DNA of 64,000 nucleotides from Escherichia coli (GTDB lineage Bacteria; Pseudomonadota; Gammaproteobacteria; Enterobacterales; Enterobacteriaceae): NCBI RefSeq assembly GCF_016026235.1, contig NZ_CP065613.1; one strand, 5' to 3'. Shown piece by piece: positions 54,419 to 64,000 of this stretch (position 1 is its first letter; each line of letters starts with the position of its first letter). The notes under the pieces were generated by a model. It saw only the letters and a program-made list of their open reading frames with translations, ran no database searches and was not told where the DNA came from. The position numbers and the translations under genes were made by a program.

Positions 54419-55984
54419 ATGCTCGACACAAATATGAAAACTCAACTCAAGGCTTACCTTGAGAAATTGACCAAGCCTGTTGAGTTAATTGCCACGCTGG
54501 ATGACAGCGCTAAATCGGCAGAAATCAAGGAACTGTTGGCTGAAATCGCAGAACTGTCAGACAAAGTCACCTTTAAAGAAGATAACAGCTTGCCAGTGCG
54601 TAAGCCGTCTTTCCTGATCACCAACCCAGGTTCCAACCAGGGGCCACGTTTTGCAGGCTCCCCGCTGGGCCATGAGTTCACCTCGCTGGTACTGACGTTG
54701 CTGTGGACCGGTGGTCATCCGTCGAAAGAAGCGCAGTCTCTGCTGGAGCAGATTCGCCATATTGACGGTGATTTTGAATTCGAAACCTATTACTCGCTCT
54801 CTTGCCACAACTGCCCGGACGTGGTGCAGGCGCTGAACCTGATGAGCGTACTGAACCCGCGCATCAAGCACACTGCAATTGATGGCGGCACCTTCCAGAA
54901 CGAAATCACCGATCGTAACGTGATGGGCGTTCCGGCAGTGTTCGTAAACGGGAAAGAGTTTGGTCAGGGCCGCATGACGTTGACTGAAATCGTTGCCAAA
55001 ATTGATACTGGCGCGGAAAAACGTGCGGCAGAAGAGCTGAACAAGCGTGATGCTTATGACGTATTAATCGTTGGTTCCGGCCCGGCGGGTGCAGCGGCAG
55101 CAATTTACTCCGCACGTAAAGGCATCCGTACCGGTCTGATGGGCGAACGTTTTGGTGGTCAGATCCTCGATACCGTTGATATCGAAAACTACATTTCTGT
55201 ACCGAAGACTGAAGGGCAGAAGTTGGCAGGCGCACTGAAAGTTCACGTTGATGAATACGACGTTGATGTGATCGACAGCCAGAGCGCCAGCAAACTGATC
55301 CCAGCAGCAGTTGAAGGTGGTCTGCATCAGATTGAAACAGCTTCTGGCGCGGTACTGAAAGCACGCAGCATTATCGTGGCGACCGGAGCAAAATGGCGCA
55401 ACATGAACGTTCCGGGCGAAGATCAGTATCGCACCAAAGGCGTGACCTACTGCCCGCACTGCGACGGCCCGCTGTTTAAAGGCAAACGCGTAGCGGTTAT
55501 CGGCGGCGGTAACTCCGGCGTGGAAGCGGCAATCGACCTGGCGGGTATCGTTGAGCACGTAACGCTGCTGGAATTTGCGCCAGAAATGAAAGCCGACCAG
55601 GTGCTGCAGGACAAACTGCGCAGCCTGAAAAACGTCGACATTATTCTGAATGCGCAAACCACGGAAGTGAAAGGCGACGGCAGCAAAGTCGTTGGTCTGG
55701 AATATCGAGATCGTGTCAGCGGCGATATTCACAACATCGAACTGGCCGGTATTTTCGTCCAGATTGGTCTGCTGCCGAACACCAACTGGCTGGAAGGCGC
55801 AGTCGAACGTAACCGCATGGGCGAGATTATCATTGATGCGAAATGCGAAACCAACGTCAAAGGCGTGTTCGCAGCGGGTGACTGTACGACGGTTCCGTAC
55901 AAGCAGATCATCATCGCCACTGGCGAAGGTGCCAAAGCCTCTCTGAGTGCTTTTGACTACCTGATTCGCACCAAAACTGCATAA
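54419..55984 (+). CDS. ahpF: Alkyl hydroperoxide reductase, flavoprotein subunit AhpF
   Basis: 521-aa reading from [11 protein letters not shown]... with the CHNC and CPHC redox motifs and FAD/NAD binding regions; the track ORF starts ten codons upstream. Confidence 0.95.
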   Translation: MLDTNMKTQLKAYLEKLTKPVELIATLDDSAKSAEIKELLAEIAELSDKVTFKEDNSLPVRKPSFLITNPGSNQGPRFAGSPLGHEFTSLVLTLLWTGGHPSKEAQSLLEQIRHIDGDFEFETYYSLSCHNCPDVVQALNLMSVLNPRIKHTAIDGGTFQNEITDRNVMGVPAVFVNGKEFGQGRMTLTEIVAKIDTGAEKRAAEELNKRDAYDVLIVGSGPAGAAAAIYSARKGIRTGLMGERFGGQILDTVDIENYISVPKTEGQKLAGALKVHVDEYDVDVIDSQSASKLIPAAVEGGLHQIETASGAVLKARSIIVATGAKWRNMNVPGEDQYRTKGVTYCPHCDGPLFKGKRVAVIGGGNSGVEAAIDLAGIVEHVTLLEFAPEMKADQVLQDKLRSLKNVDIILNAQTTEVKGDGSKVVGLEYRDRVSGDIHNIELAGIFVQIGLLPNTNWLEGAVERNRMGEIIIDAKCETNVKGVFAAGDCTTVPYKQIIIATGEGAKASLSAFDYLIRTKTA

Positions 55985-56013
55985 GAAGAAGTAAGATTCA
56001 CCTGCAATTGCTT

Positions 56014-56046
56014 AGCCGCCGGGGTCAAACCTGGCGGCTTTTTTAT
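56014..56046 (+). terminator. Rho-independent terminator of ahpCF
   Basis: AGCCGCC / GGCGGCT stem followed by TTTTTTA. Confidence 0.6.
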
Positions 56047-56052
56047 GGCATT

Positions 56053-56084
56053 AAAAAGCCCTGCCGGGATGTTCCAGGCAGGGC
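56053..56084 (-). terminator. Rho-independent terminator of uspG
   Basis: GCCCTGCC / GGCAGGGC stem; the A-run on the plus strand gives a U-tract on the minus strand. Confidence 0.55.
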
Positions 56085-56104
56085 GGCATAAATACTTTTA
56101 TCTG

Positions 56105-56533
56105 TTAGCGAACGACCAGTACAGGCAGATTGGCGTGGCGGATCACGCTCGAGGCGTTAGAACCTAACAGATGGGTCGAAATCGATGGGTTGCGAGAACC
56201 AATAACTACAACATCAGCCCCCAGTTCTTCTGCCAACTCATTGACTTCATCCCGCACGCTACCAAAACGGACATGTTGTTTAATGCGGGAAGGATCGATG
56301 GTGAAGTGGCTGACCATCGTTTGCAGACGTTCTTCTGCTTCATGTTGCAGATGCTCTTCAAAACGACGCACATCAGCGGCAAAACGGTGCAGGCTCAGGC
56401 TGGCTGACCCGGGTAGTACGTGAAGTAGATGAATAACTCCGTCATCCTGGGCGAGGAATTCAGCGTGGCGAACAGCTTTGTCGCTCAATTCCATTTCAAA
56501 TACATCAACTGGCATAATGATTGTCTTATACAT
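56105..56533 (-). CDS. uspG: Universal stress protein UspG
   Basis: 142-aa [31 protein letters not shown]... Confidence 0.85.
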   Translation of the reverse strand: MYKTIIMPVDVFEMELSDKAVRHAEFLAQDDGVIHLLHVLPGSASLSLHRFAADVRRFEEHLQHEAEERLQTMVSHFTIDPSRIKQHVRFGSVRDEVNELAEELGADVVVIGSRNPSISTHLLGSNASSVIRHANLPVLVVR

Positions 56534-56657
56534 AACCCTTTCTCCCTGTTAATCATGAACAAATCATTCACCATGATTATAATATTTATCCCTGATATTT
56601 GTCTGGTTCTTTTTCCTTACAAACGGTTTCTGTGATTAATATATTCTCACTGAACAT

Positions 56658-57485
56658 GGTGGGCAGGCGGAATATGTCCGCGTCCCTAAAGGGAATGTGG
56701 GGCCGTTTAAAGTACCGCCTTTGCTTTCAGATGATAAAGCGCTTTTCCTTTCTGATATTCTGCCAACGGCATGGCAGGCAGCAAAAAATGCGCAGATCCA
56801 ACAAGGTTCAAGCGTTGCAGTCTATGGTGCCGGTCCTGTGGGATTGTTGACAATCGCCTGTGCACGGTTGCTCGGTGCGGAACAGATTTTTGTTGTTGAT
56901 CATCATCCCTACCGCTTGAGTTTCGCCGCTGACCGCTACGGCGCGATCCCGATTAATTTCGATGAAGATAGCGATCCGGCACAGTCAATTATTGAACAAA
57001 CGGCAGGTCACCGGGGCGTGGATGCAGTAATAGACGCCGTCGGTTTTGAAGCGAAAGGCAGCACCACGGAAACGGTGCTGACTAACCTGAAACTGGAGGG
57101 CAGCAGCGGTAAAGCGTTGCGCCAGTGTATTGCGGCGGTCAGGCGTGGCGGCATTGTTAGCGTACCGGGCGTCTACGCTGGATTTATTCACGGTTTCCTG
57201 TTTGGCGACGCCTTTGATAAAGGGTTGACGTTTAAAATGGGACAGACCCACGTTCACGCATGGCTGGGAGAATTATTACCGTTAATTGAGAAAGGATTAC
57301 TGAAACCAGAAGAAATTGTTACCCACTATATGCCGTTTGAAGAGGCCGCCCGGGGATATGAGATTTTCGAAAAACGTGAAGAGGAGTGCCGTAAGGTGAT
57401 TCTGGTACCCGGTGCACAAAGCGCAGAGGCGGCGCAGAAGGCGGTTTCAGGTCTGGTGAATGCGATGCCGGGGGGAACAATATGA
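56658..57485 (+). pseudogene. ybdR: 5'-truncated remnant of ybdR (Zn-dependent medium-chain dehydrogenase): only the Rossmann-fold two-thirds remains
   Basis: The reading frame opens with ...[19 protein letters not shown] and GAGPVGL lies about 45 residues in; an in-frame TAA at 56637-56639 and AT-rich non-coding sequence replace the expected roughly 140-residue catalytic domain. The only start available is a GTG at 56697. Confidence 0.6.
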
Positions 57486-57488
57486 TCG

Positions 57489-57578
57489 TCAGGAGTGGTT
57501 TTCGAGGTAAAGGGCAGCCATGACGATAATCGCCGCCATAATCAGAAATCCTATCAGGATGTAAAATGCTTCTGCCAT
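57489..57578 (-). CDS. Candidate 29-aa single-transmembrane small protein (unannotated, hypothetical)
   Basis: ATG preceded by GGGAATAACC; reads MAEAFYILIGFLIMAAIIVMAALYLENHS, with a 21-residue hydrophobic core; ends 4 nt after the ybdR stop on the opposite strand. Confidence 0.35.
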   Translation of the reverse strand: MAEAFYILIGFLIMAAIIVMAALYLENHS

Positions 57579-57715
57579 GGTTATTCCCACAAACGAAACG
57601 GAATAATTTTGCAGCAAAAGTGAACAGTGAGAACCAGGAAAAATTGCTGATTTTGCGTAAAGAGGATGCGAGTGCATCCTCTGGGCAAAGCGAGTTATCG
57701 CTTGTGCAGATGGGA

Positions 57716-58126
57716 TTAAAGCAGGTAGTCGCCAGCAGCTTCTGGCTGGTATTCGAGTTCCAGCACTTCAAGGTGGGTTGCAACGCCGCCCGGAAGTTCC
57801 CAGTGAATGGAATCGCCAACGCGCAGCCCCAGCAGTGCGGCACCTACCGGAGCCATAACGGAAAGCTGAGTATTGCTATCGGTCATTTTTGCCGGATACA
57901 CCAGCGTGCGCACACGCACTTCGCCATCGCTAAGATTGCGGAATTTAACCCAGCTGTTCATTGTCACCACGTCGTGTGGCATCTCTTCTGGCGAACACAT
58001 TTGGGCGCGATCCAACTCTGCGTTTAACGCGTCGGCGATTGGCAAACCAGCATAGGCGGGTTGCTCCAGCAGAATATCGATGCGTTCGGCATCCAGGTCG
58101 TTAATGATGATAGTTGGTCTGGACAT
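57716..58126 (-). CDS. rnk: Regulator of nucleoside diphosphate kinase Rnk (GreA/GreB-like)
   Basis: 136-aa [25 protein letters not shown]... Confidence 0.85.
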   Translation of the reverse strand: MSRPTIIINDLDAERIDILLEQPAYAGLPIADALNAELDRAQMCSPEEMPHDVVTMNSWVKFRNLSDGEVRVRTLVYPAKMTDSNTQLSVMAPVGAALLGLRVGDSIHWELPGGVATHLEVLELEYQPEAAGDYLL

Positions 58127-58355
58127 TTTTACTCCATGTCGTCGGTACTGCGAGTGTCGCAGATAAACATACCCAAAAGAAAACCCTCACCGTCAGGCGG
58201 CGAGGGTTTAACTCACATGATGATACTGACTGTTGCTCACTCTTTGAAGTGATTTGCGTCACATTCAGGGAATTCCTCAATGCAGCGCATTATGTATAAT
58301 TCTTAATCGTCACGGTTTATGGAAGACGAATTAGCGTGTTTTGTAAATCAGATGA

Positions 58356-59162
58356 TTAATAACCCACTTTATCAATCACAAAGGTTTTGCCACAGTTGCC
58401 TGGGTGTGGTTGTGGCAAGAATGAGTTTGCAGAAAGCGGAGCGTTGATGGCGTCAGCTTTGATCGAGATCTGAATTTCAGTCAAATACGCAGGGTTACCC
58501 TGGCACGTTAGCTTAACTGCTTTCACGTTCTCTTTTCCCCAGCTTTTGGCAAAGGCGGCGTCAAAGTCACGGCGGCTCACTGTTTTACCGTAATTATCCG
58601 CAAGGAATTTTCCGGCTTCGCTCTCTTTAATTTCTTGATTCAGGCGTACCATCGTACCGAAGTATGCGTCCGGATCAAAACCAAAGCAGGCACCGTGTTT
58701 GGCATATTCGTAGCGTTCCAGGCAGGAACGTCCGCCAGCTCCTGGCATGACTTCACTTAGTTTAGCGGCCGTTTCCAGTGATAACCCGGTTTCCGGCGAT
58801 GAACACATCCGGCTGGCGTGCGCTTCTGGTAGATTCGGGATTGGGCGAGTAGCGCAACCGAAGCGCATCCAGCGGCGTTCATCAACACCACGGGCAGCAA
58901 CCGATTTAGGCAATCCTGGCCACAGACCATGTACGGTCAGAAAATCAGCTTTGTTGGTCGTTTCGGTTTGCAGGCGACATTCATCTCGTTCGTTACGATT
59001 TCGATCGTGTTGACTCTGGCAAAATCCGGTTTGCCAGGAGAGGGCCAGGACATAGCGATCAAAATCGCCATACTGTTTTGCCTGCAACGCTACGGCGTTG
59101 GCAGAAGAGAAGGGAAGCAGAGAAACCGCGAGCAACGCGGCGTTACGCCAGAATGCTTTCAT
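58356..59162 (-). CDS. rna: Periplasmic ribonuclease I (RNase T2 family)
   Basis: 268-aa reading from MKAFWRNAALLAVSLLPFSSANA with RNase T2 motifs (FLTVHGLWP, KHGAC). Confidence 0.9.
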   Translation of the reverse strand: MKAFWRNAALLAVSLLPFSSANAVALQAKQYGDFDRYVLALSWQTGFCQSQHDRNRNERDECRLQTETTNKADFLTVHGLWPGLPKSVAARGVDERRWMRFGCATRPIPNLPEAHASRMCSSPETGLSLETAAKLSEVMPGAGGRSCLERYEYAKHGACFGFDPDAYFGTMVRLNQEIKESEAGKFLADNYGKTVSRRDFDAAFAKSWGKENVKAVKLTCQGNPAYLTEIQISIKADAINAPLSANSFLPQPHPGNCGKTFVIDKVGY

Positions 59163-59210
59163 AATGGGTGTGGAACTCATACATACACTGAATACTATCT
59201 ATTAAATCAT

Positions 59211-59244
59211 AAAAAAGCCCGCCAGGTGGGCTTACCTGGCGGGC
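59211..59244 (-). terminator. Rho-independent terminator of citT
   Basis: GCCCGCCAGGT / ACCTGGCGGGC stem; the plus-strand A-run gives a U-tract on the minus strand. Confidence 0.6.
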
Positions 59245-59275
59245 GTGATGATTTATTCAGCGTTTGGCGAACGTA

Positions 59276-60739
59276 TTAGTTCCACATGGCGAGAATCGGC
59301 CAGCCAACCAACAGCAACATAGAGATGTAAATCACCCCGAAGATTGCGCCAAGACGCCAGTAATCTTTTGATTTCACATAGCCACAGCCGTAAATAATCA
59401 CCCCAGGACCGGTTGCATACGGCGTCAGACAGCCCATGATACCGATAGACAGCACCAGCAGGATACACAGTTGTTCCATTGGTACGCCCGGAATACCTTT
59501 ACCGACGGCCAGAATAACCGGCAGCATGGTTGCGGTGTGCGCAGACAGGCTGGCAAACAGGTAGTGTGCAAAGTAGAACACCAGAACCAGTACAATCACC
59601 GTTGCGTTTGGTGAGAATCCTTCCAGGTGCGTACTCATGGTACCGGCGAACCAGTCAATAAAGCCAGAACGAGTCAGGCCGTTAGCCATCACAACCAGAG
59701 TTGCCAGGTTGACCAGCGTGTTCCATGCGCTGTTATAGCGGGTAATATCTTTCCAAGGCACAACGTGCAGGGCCAGCATTAGCGAAACTGCCAGCAGACC
59801 AACTGCAGTAGCATTAATGACTTCACTGCCAAAAACCCACAAACCTAAGCTGAGCAATACAAGGCCAATCAGTGTCCACTCTCTGCGTGTCAGCGCACCC
59901 ATGGTTTTCAGTTCATCACCCGCCCAGGTTGCCACTTCTTCACTGTGTGTGATTTCCGGTTTGTACAGCACGTAGGAAAGCCACGGCGCAATGATAAGCA
60001 AGATAACCCCAACCGGCAGGAAGCAGAGGAACCACTGCAACCAGCTAATCTGGATACCGGCAATTTTGCTGACGAACTCCAGACCCAGCACGTTTGGTGC
60101 CGCACCGGTGACAAACATGGACGAACTCAGACTGGTACTAATGACCATCATCCACATCAAATAGCCGCCAATACGACGCGCGGACGGATCGTTGGGGAAT
60201 GATTTAAACAACGGCGGCAGGTTTTTAATGACCGGAAAAACCGTACCCCCGGTACGCGCGGTGTTGGACGGTGTAAACGGTGCCAGCAGAATGTCGATAA
60301 TGACAATCGCATAACCCAACGTCAGCGTGCGTTTGCCCATGAATTTCACCAGGAAAAGGGCAATGCGACGACCTAACCCGGAAACTTCATACCCTAATGC
60401 AAAAATAAATGCGCCAAATACCAGCCATACCGTGGTGCTGGAAAAACCAGCCAGACCCCATTTCAGCGCCTGTTTTTGCGCATTAAACGCTGGGTCAGCT
60501 AATTCTTTGGCATCAAAGAGCAGGTAATTACTGCCAATAACGCAAATAGTAACCGCAATAAAACTGATCGCTGTTGCCGGAATTGGCTCGAGGATCATGC
60601 CGACAATCATTGCCACAAACACAGCGAAGTAATGCCATGCCTGTGGTGGCATACCGTCGGGGACAGGGATAAGAAACATGACACCCATCACCACCAGTGG
60701 GGCCAATAGTTTCCATATATTATCTTTTGCTAAAGACAT
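59276..60739 (-). CDS. citT: Citrate:succinate antiporter CitT (DASS family)
   Basis: 487-aa polytopic ORF, last gene of the cit operon. Confidence 0.9.
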   Translation of the reverse strand: MSLAKDNIWKLLAPLVVMGVMFLIPVPDGMPPQAWHYFAVFVAMIVGMILEPIPATAISFIAVTICVIGSNYLLFDAKELADPAFNAQKQALKWGLAGFSSTTVWLVFGAFIFALGYEVSGLGRRIALFLVKFMGKRTLTLGYAIVIIDILLAPFTPSNTARTGGTVFPVIKNLPPLFKSFPNDPSARRIGGYLMWMMVISTSLSSSMFVTGAAPNVLGLEFVSKIAGIQISWLQWFLCFLPVGVILLIIAPWLSYVLYKPEITHSEEVATWAGDELKTMGALTRREWTLIGLVLLSLGLWVFGSEVINATAVGLLAVSLMLALHVVPWKDITRYNSAWNTLVNLATLVVMANGLTRSGFIDWFAGTMSTHLEGFSPNATVIVLVLVFYFAHYLFASLSAHTATMLPVILAVGKGIPGVPMEQLCILLVLSIGIMGCLTPYATGPGVIIYGCGYVKSKDYWRLGAIFGVIYISMLLLVGWPILAMWN

Positions 60740-60789
60740 ACGGGTTCTCCGAAAATTAATATTTCCAAATTTATCAAGTGCTTAAATAA

Positions 60790-62194
<1,405 letters not shown>

Positions 62195-62197
62195 GGC

Positions 62198-63730
62198 TTA
62201 TTCCTTCACCTGATGTACAACATCGATCACCGAGCCATCGCGGTAACGCACAACGGCAACGACGCGGTCGGTGAATTCAATCGGCTGTGGTTCACCGGTC
62301 AGCAGACGCGCACGTTCACGCAGCCACTCAATGGAAACCACTTTAATGCCCGCTTCCTGCAGACGTTCTGCCAGCTCCGGACGTGCCGGGTTAACTGCGA
62401 TACCGTGGTCTGTGACCAGAATATCGACACTGGAGCCCGGGGTGATGCAGGTCAGCACGTTATCCACCAGAGTCGGAATACGACCGCGTACCAGCGGCGC
62501 GACGATGATGGAAAGCGCAGAGGCAATCGCGGTATCGCAGTGACCACCGGAAGCACCACGCAGTACGCCGTCAGAGCCGGTCAGCACGTTAACGTTGAAC
62601 TGGGTGTCAATTTCCAGCGCGCTCAGTACCACCACGTCGAGACGATCAACCGATGCGCCTTTCGAACCCCAGTTAGCGTACTGGTTGGCGCTGATTTCGA
62701 TGTGATTGGGGTTACGGGCCAGCGATTGCGCAGCATGGCTGTCAAAGCTCTGCACATCCAGCAGTTTGCGGATCAGACCTTTTTCGTGCAGGTCAACCAT
62801 CGTTGCAGTAATACCGCCGAGGGCGAAGTCGGCGCGAATATCGCGGCTACGCATTTTGTCTTCCAGGAAACGGGTTACCGCCAGCGATGCGCCGCCGGTG
62901 CCGGTTTGCATGGAGAAACCTTCTTTGAAGTAGCCAGAGTTGACAATCACATCCGCAGCGCTACGGGCAATAAGCAGTTCGCGCGGGTTAGTGGTCATAC
63001 GGGTCGCGCCAGCGCCGATTTTTGCAGCATCGCCAACGCGGTCAACTTTGACGATCAAATCAACCTGATCTTGCTCAATGCTTGCCGGATTATGCGGATA
63101 AGGCAGCAGTTCTTCGGTGAGCATCACGACCTGTTTTGCGTTGTCGGCATCGACCATTGCATAGCCGAGGGAGCCGCAGCAGGCTTTACCGGTGTAGCCG
63201 TTGGCATTACCGAATTCATCGCAGGAAGGGACGCCGAGGAAAGCCACGTCGATATTCAGTTCGCCGCTCTGTACCAGATGCACGCGACCGCCGTGAGAGT
63301 GGATTTGCACCGGTTCCGCAAGCAGACCACGGGAAATTTCTTCTGCCAGTGGACCGCGCAGGCCGGAGGTATAAATGCGGGTAACCACGCCCTGGCGAAT
63401 GTGTTCTACCAGTGGCGCATGGCAATCACTCAGGGAGCTGGACGCCAGGGTCAGGTTTTTAAAGCCCATCTTCGCGATGACGTCCATCACCATATTGACG
63501 GTCAGGTCACCGCCACGGAAAGCGTGATGGAAGGAAACCGTCATGCCGTCCTGTAAACCAGAGCGACGAATCGCCTCTTCCAGGTTGGCGCACAGTTTGC
63601 GATCGCGCGCTTTTTCAGCCTGGTAGGTTTGCTTTGGCGAGTTCTGGAAAGCGGCAAGATCGCATTCAGCGCGACGATTCCAGGCCGCTACCCGTTCTTG
63701 TCGTTGAGATTGTTCAATTTTCTGCGTCAT
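62198..63730 (-). CDS. citF: Citrate lyase alpha subunit (citrate CoA-transferase) CitF
   Basis: 510-aa reading from MTQKIEQSQRQERVAAWN...; the track ORF starts 14 codons upstream. Confidence 0.9.
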   Translation of the reverse strand: MTQKIEQSQRQERVAAWNRRAECDLAAFQNSPKQTYQAEKARDRKLCANLEEAIRRSGLQDGMTVSFHHAFRGGDLTVNMVMDVIAKMGFKNLTLASSSLSDCHAPLVEHIRQGVVTRIYTSGLRGPLAEEISRGLLAEPVQIHSHGGRVHLVQSGELNIDVAFLGVPSCDEFGNANGYTGKACCGSLGYAMVDADNAKQVVMLTEELLPYPHNPASIEQDQVDLIVKVDRVGDAAKIGAGATRMTTNPRELLIARSAADVIVNSGYFKEGFSMQTGTGGASLAVTRFLEDKMRSRDIRADFALGGITATMVDLHEKGLIRKLLDVQSFDSHAAQSLARNPNHIEISANQYANWGSKGASVDRLDVVVLSALEIDTQFNVNVLTGSDGVLRGASGGHCDTAIASALSIIVAPLVRGRIPTLVDNVLTCITPGSSVDILVTDHGIAVNPARPELAERLQEAGIKVVSIEWLRERARLLTGEPQPIEFTDRVVAVVRYRDGSVIDVVHQVKE

Positions 63731-63740
63731 TTTGATTGCC

Positions 63741-64000
63741 TTATTCTTCGCGAATGCCGGAAAGTTCTGCACGGGAGAGCACCAGACGGGCGCGATCGAT
63801 AACCGGACCGTCCACCATCTTGCCGTTCAGGGAAACCACGCCGAGGCCTTCGCGAGCGGCGGCTTCAGCGGCTTCTACGACGCGGCGGGCGTGATCCACT
63901 TCTTTCTGGGTCGGTGCGTAGAGGTTGTGCAGCAGATCAATCTGACGCGGGTTGATCAGCGATTTGCCGTCAAAGCCCAGCTGCTTGATGTGGGCGGCTT
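63741..64000 (-). CDS. citE: Citrate lyase beta subunit CitE, 3' part only (gene runs off the window end)
   Basis: Reverse-strand frame ends ...[19 protein letters not shown] at 63741-63743, 10 nt upstream of the citF start. Confidence 0.7.
   Translation of the reverse strand, partial: AAHIKQLGFDGKSLINPRQIDLLHNLYAPTQKEVDHARRVVEAAEAAAREGLGVVSLNGKMVDGPVIDRARLVLSRAELSGIREE

Noticed and set aside
55064-55732. 222-aa minus-strand ORF opposite ahpF
   Set aside because: Antisense to ahpF, with no independent support.

Overview
This window is an Escherichia coli-type chromosomal segment that is syntenic with the K-12 argU to cit region; all gene and product names are assigned from my reading of the ORF translations and recalled K-12 annotation, not from a database search. 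Content in order: the 5' end of fimZ, tRNA-Arg(UCU) argU, envY, the ybcH-nfrA-nfrB operon (phage N4 receptor / exopolysaccharide), cusRS and cusCFBA copper/silver efflux, pheP, ybdG (mscM), nfsB, ybdF, ybdJ, ybdK, a tandemly duplicated hok-type toxin locus with an IS4-family insertion sequence in copy 1, the complete enterobactin cluster (entD, fepA, fes, ybdZ, entF, fepE, fepCGD, entS, fepB, entCEBAH), cstA-ybdD, ybdH, ybdL, ybdM-ybdN-ybdO, dsbG, ahpCF, uspG, a 5'-truncated ybdR, rnk, rna, and citT-citG-citX-citF with the 3' end of citE. No CRISPR array or rRNA gene was found. Relative to K-12 as I recall it, three structural differences stand out: no DLP12 prophage (or appY/ompT) between argU and envY, a second hok copy next to the IS-interrupted one, and loss of the N-terminal third of ybdR. 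The least characterised content is the ybdM-ybdN pair, which carries DndB-like and PP-loop motifs, and a 29-codon hydrophobic ORF convergent with ybdR. CDS coordinates are anchored to the supplied ORF track; coordinates of non-coding features were counted by hand and may be off by a base or two.
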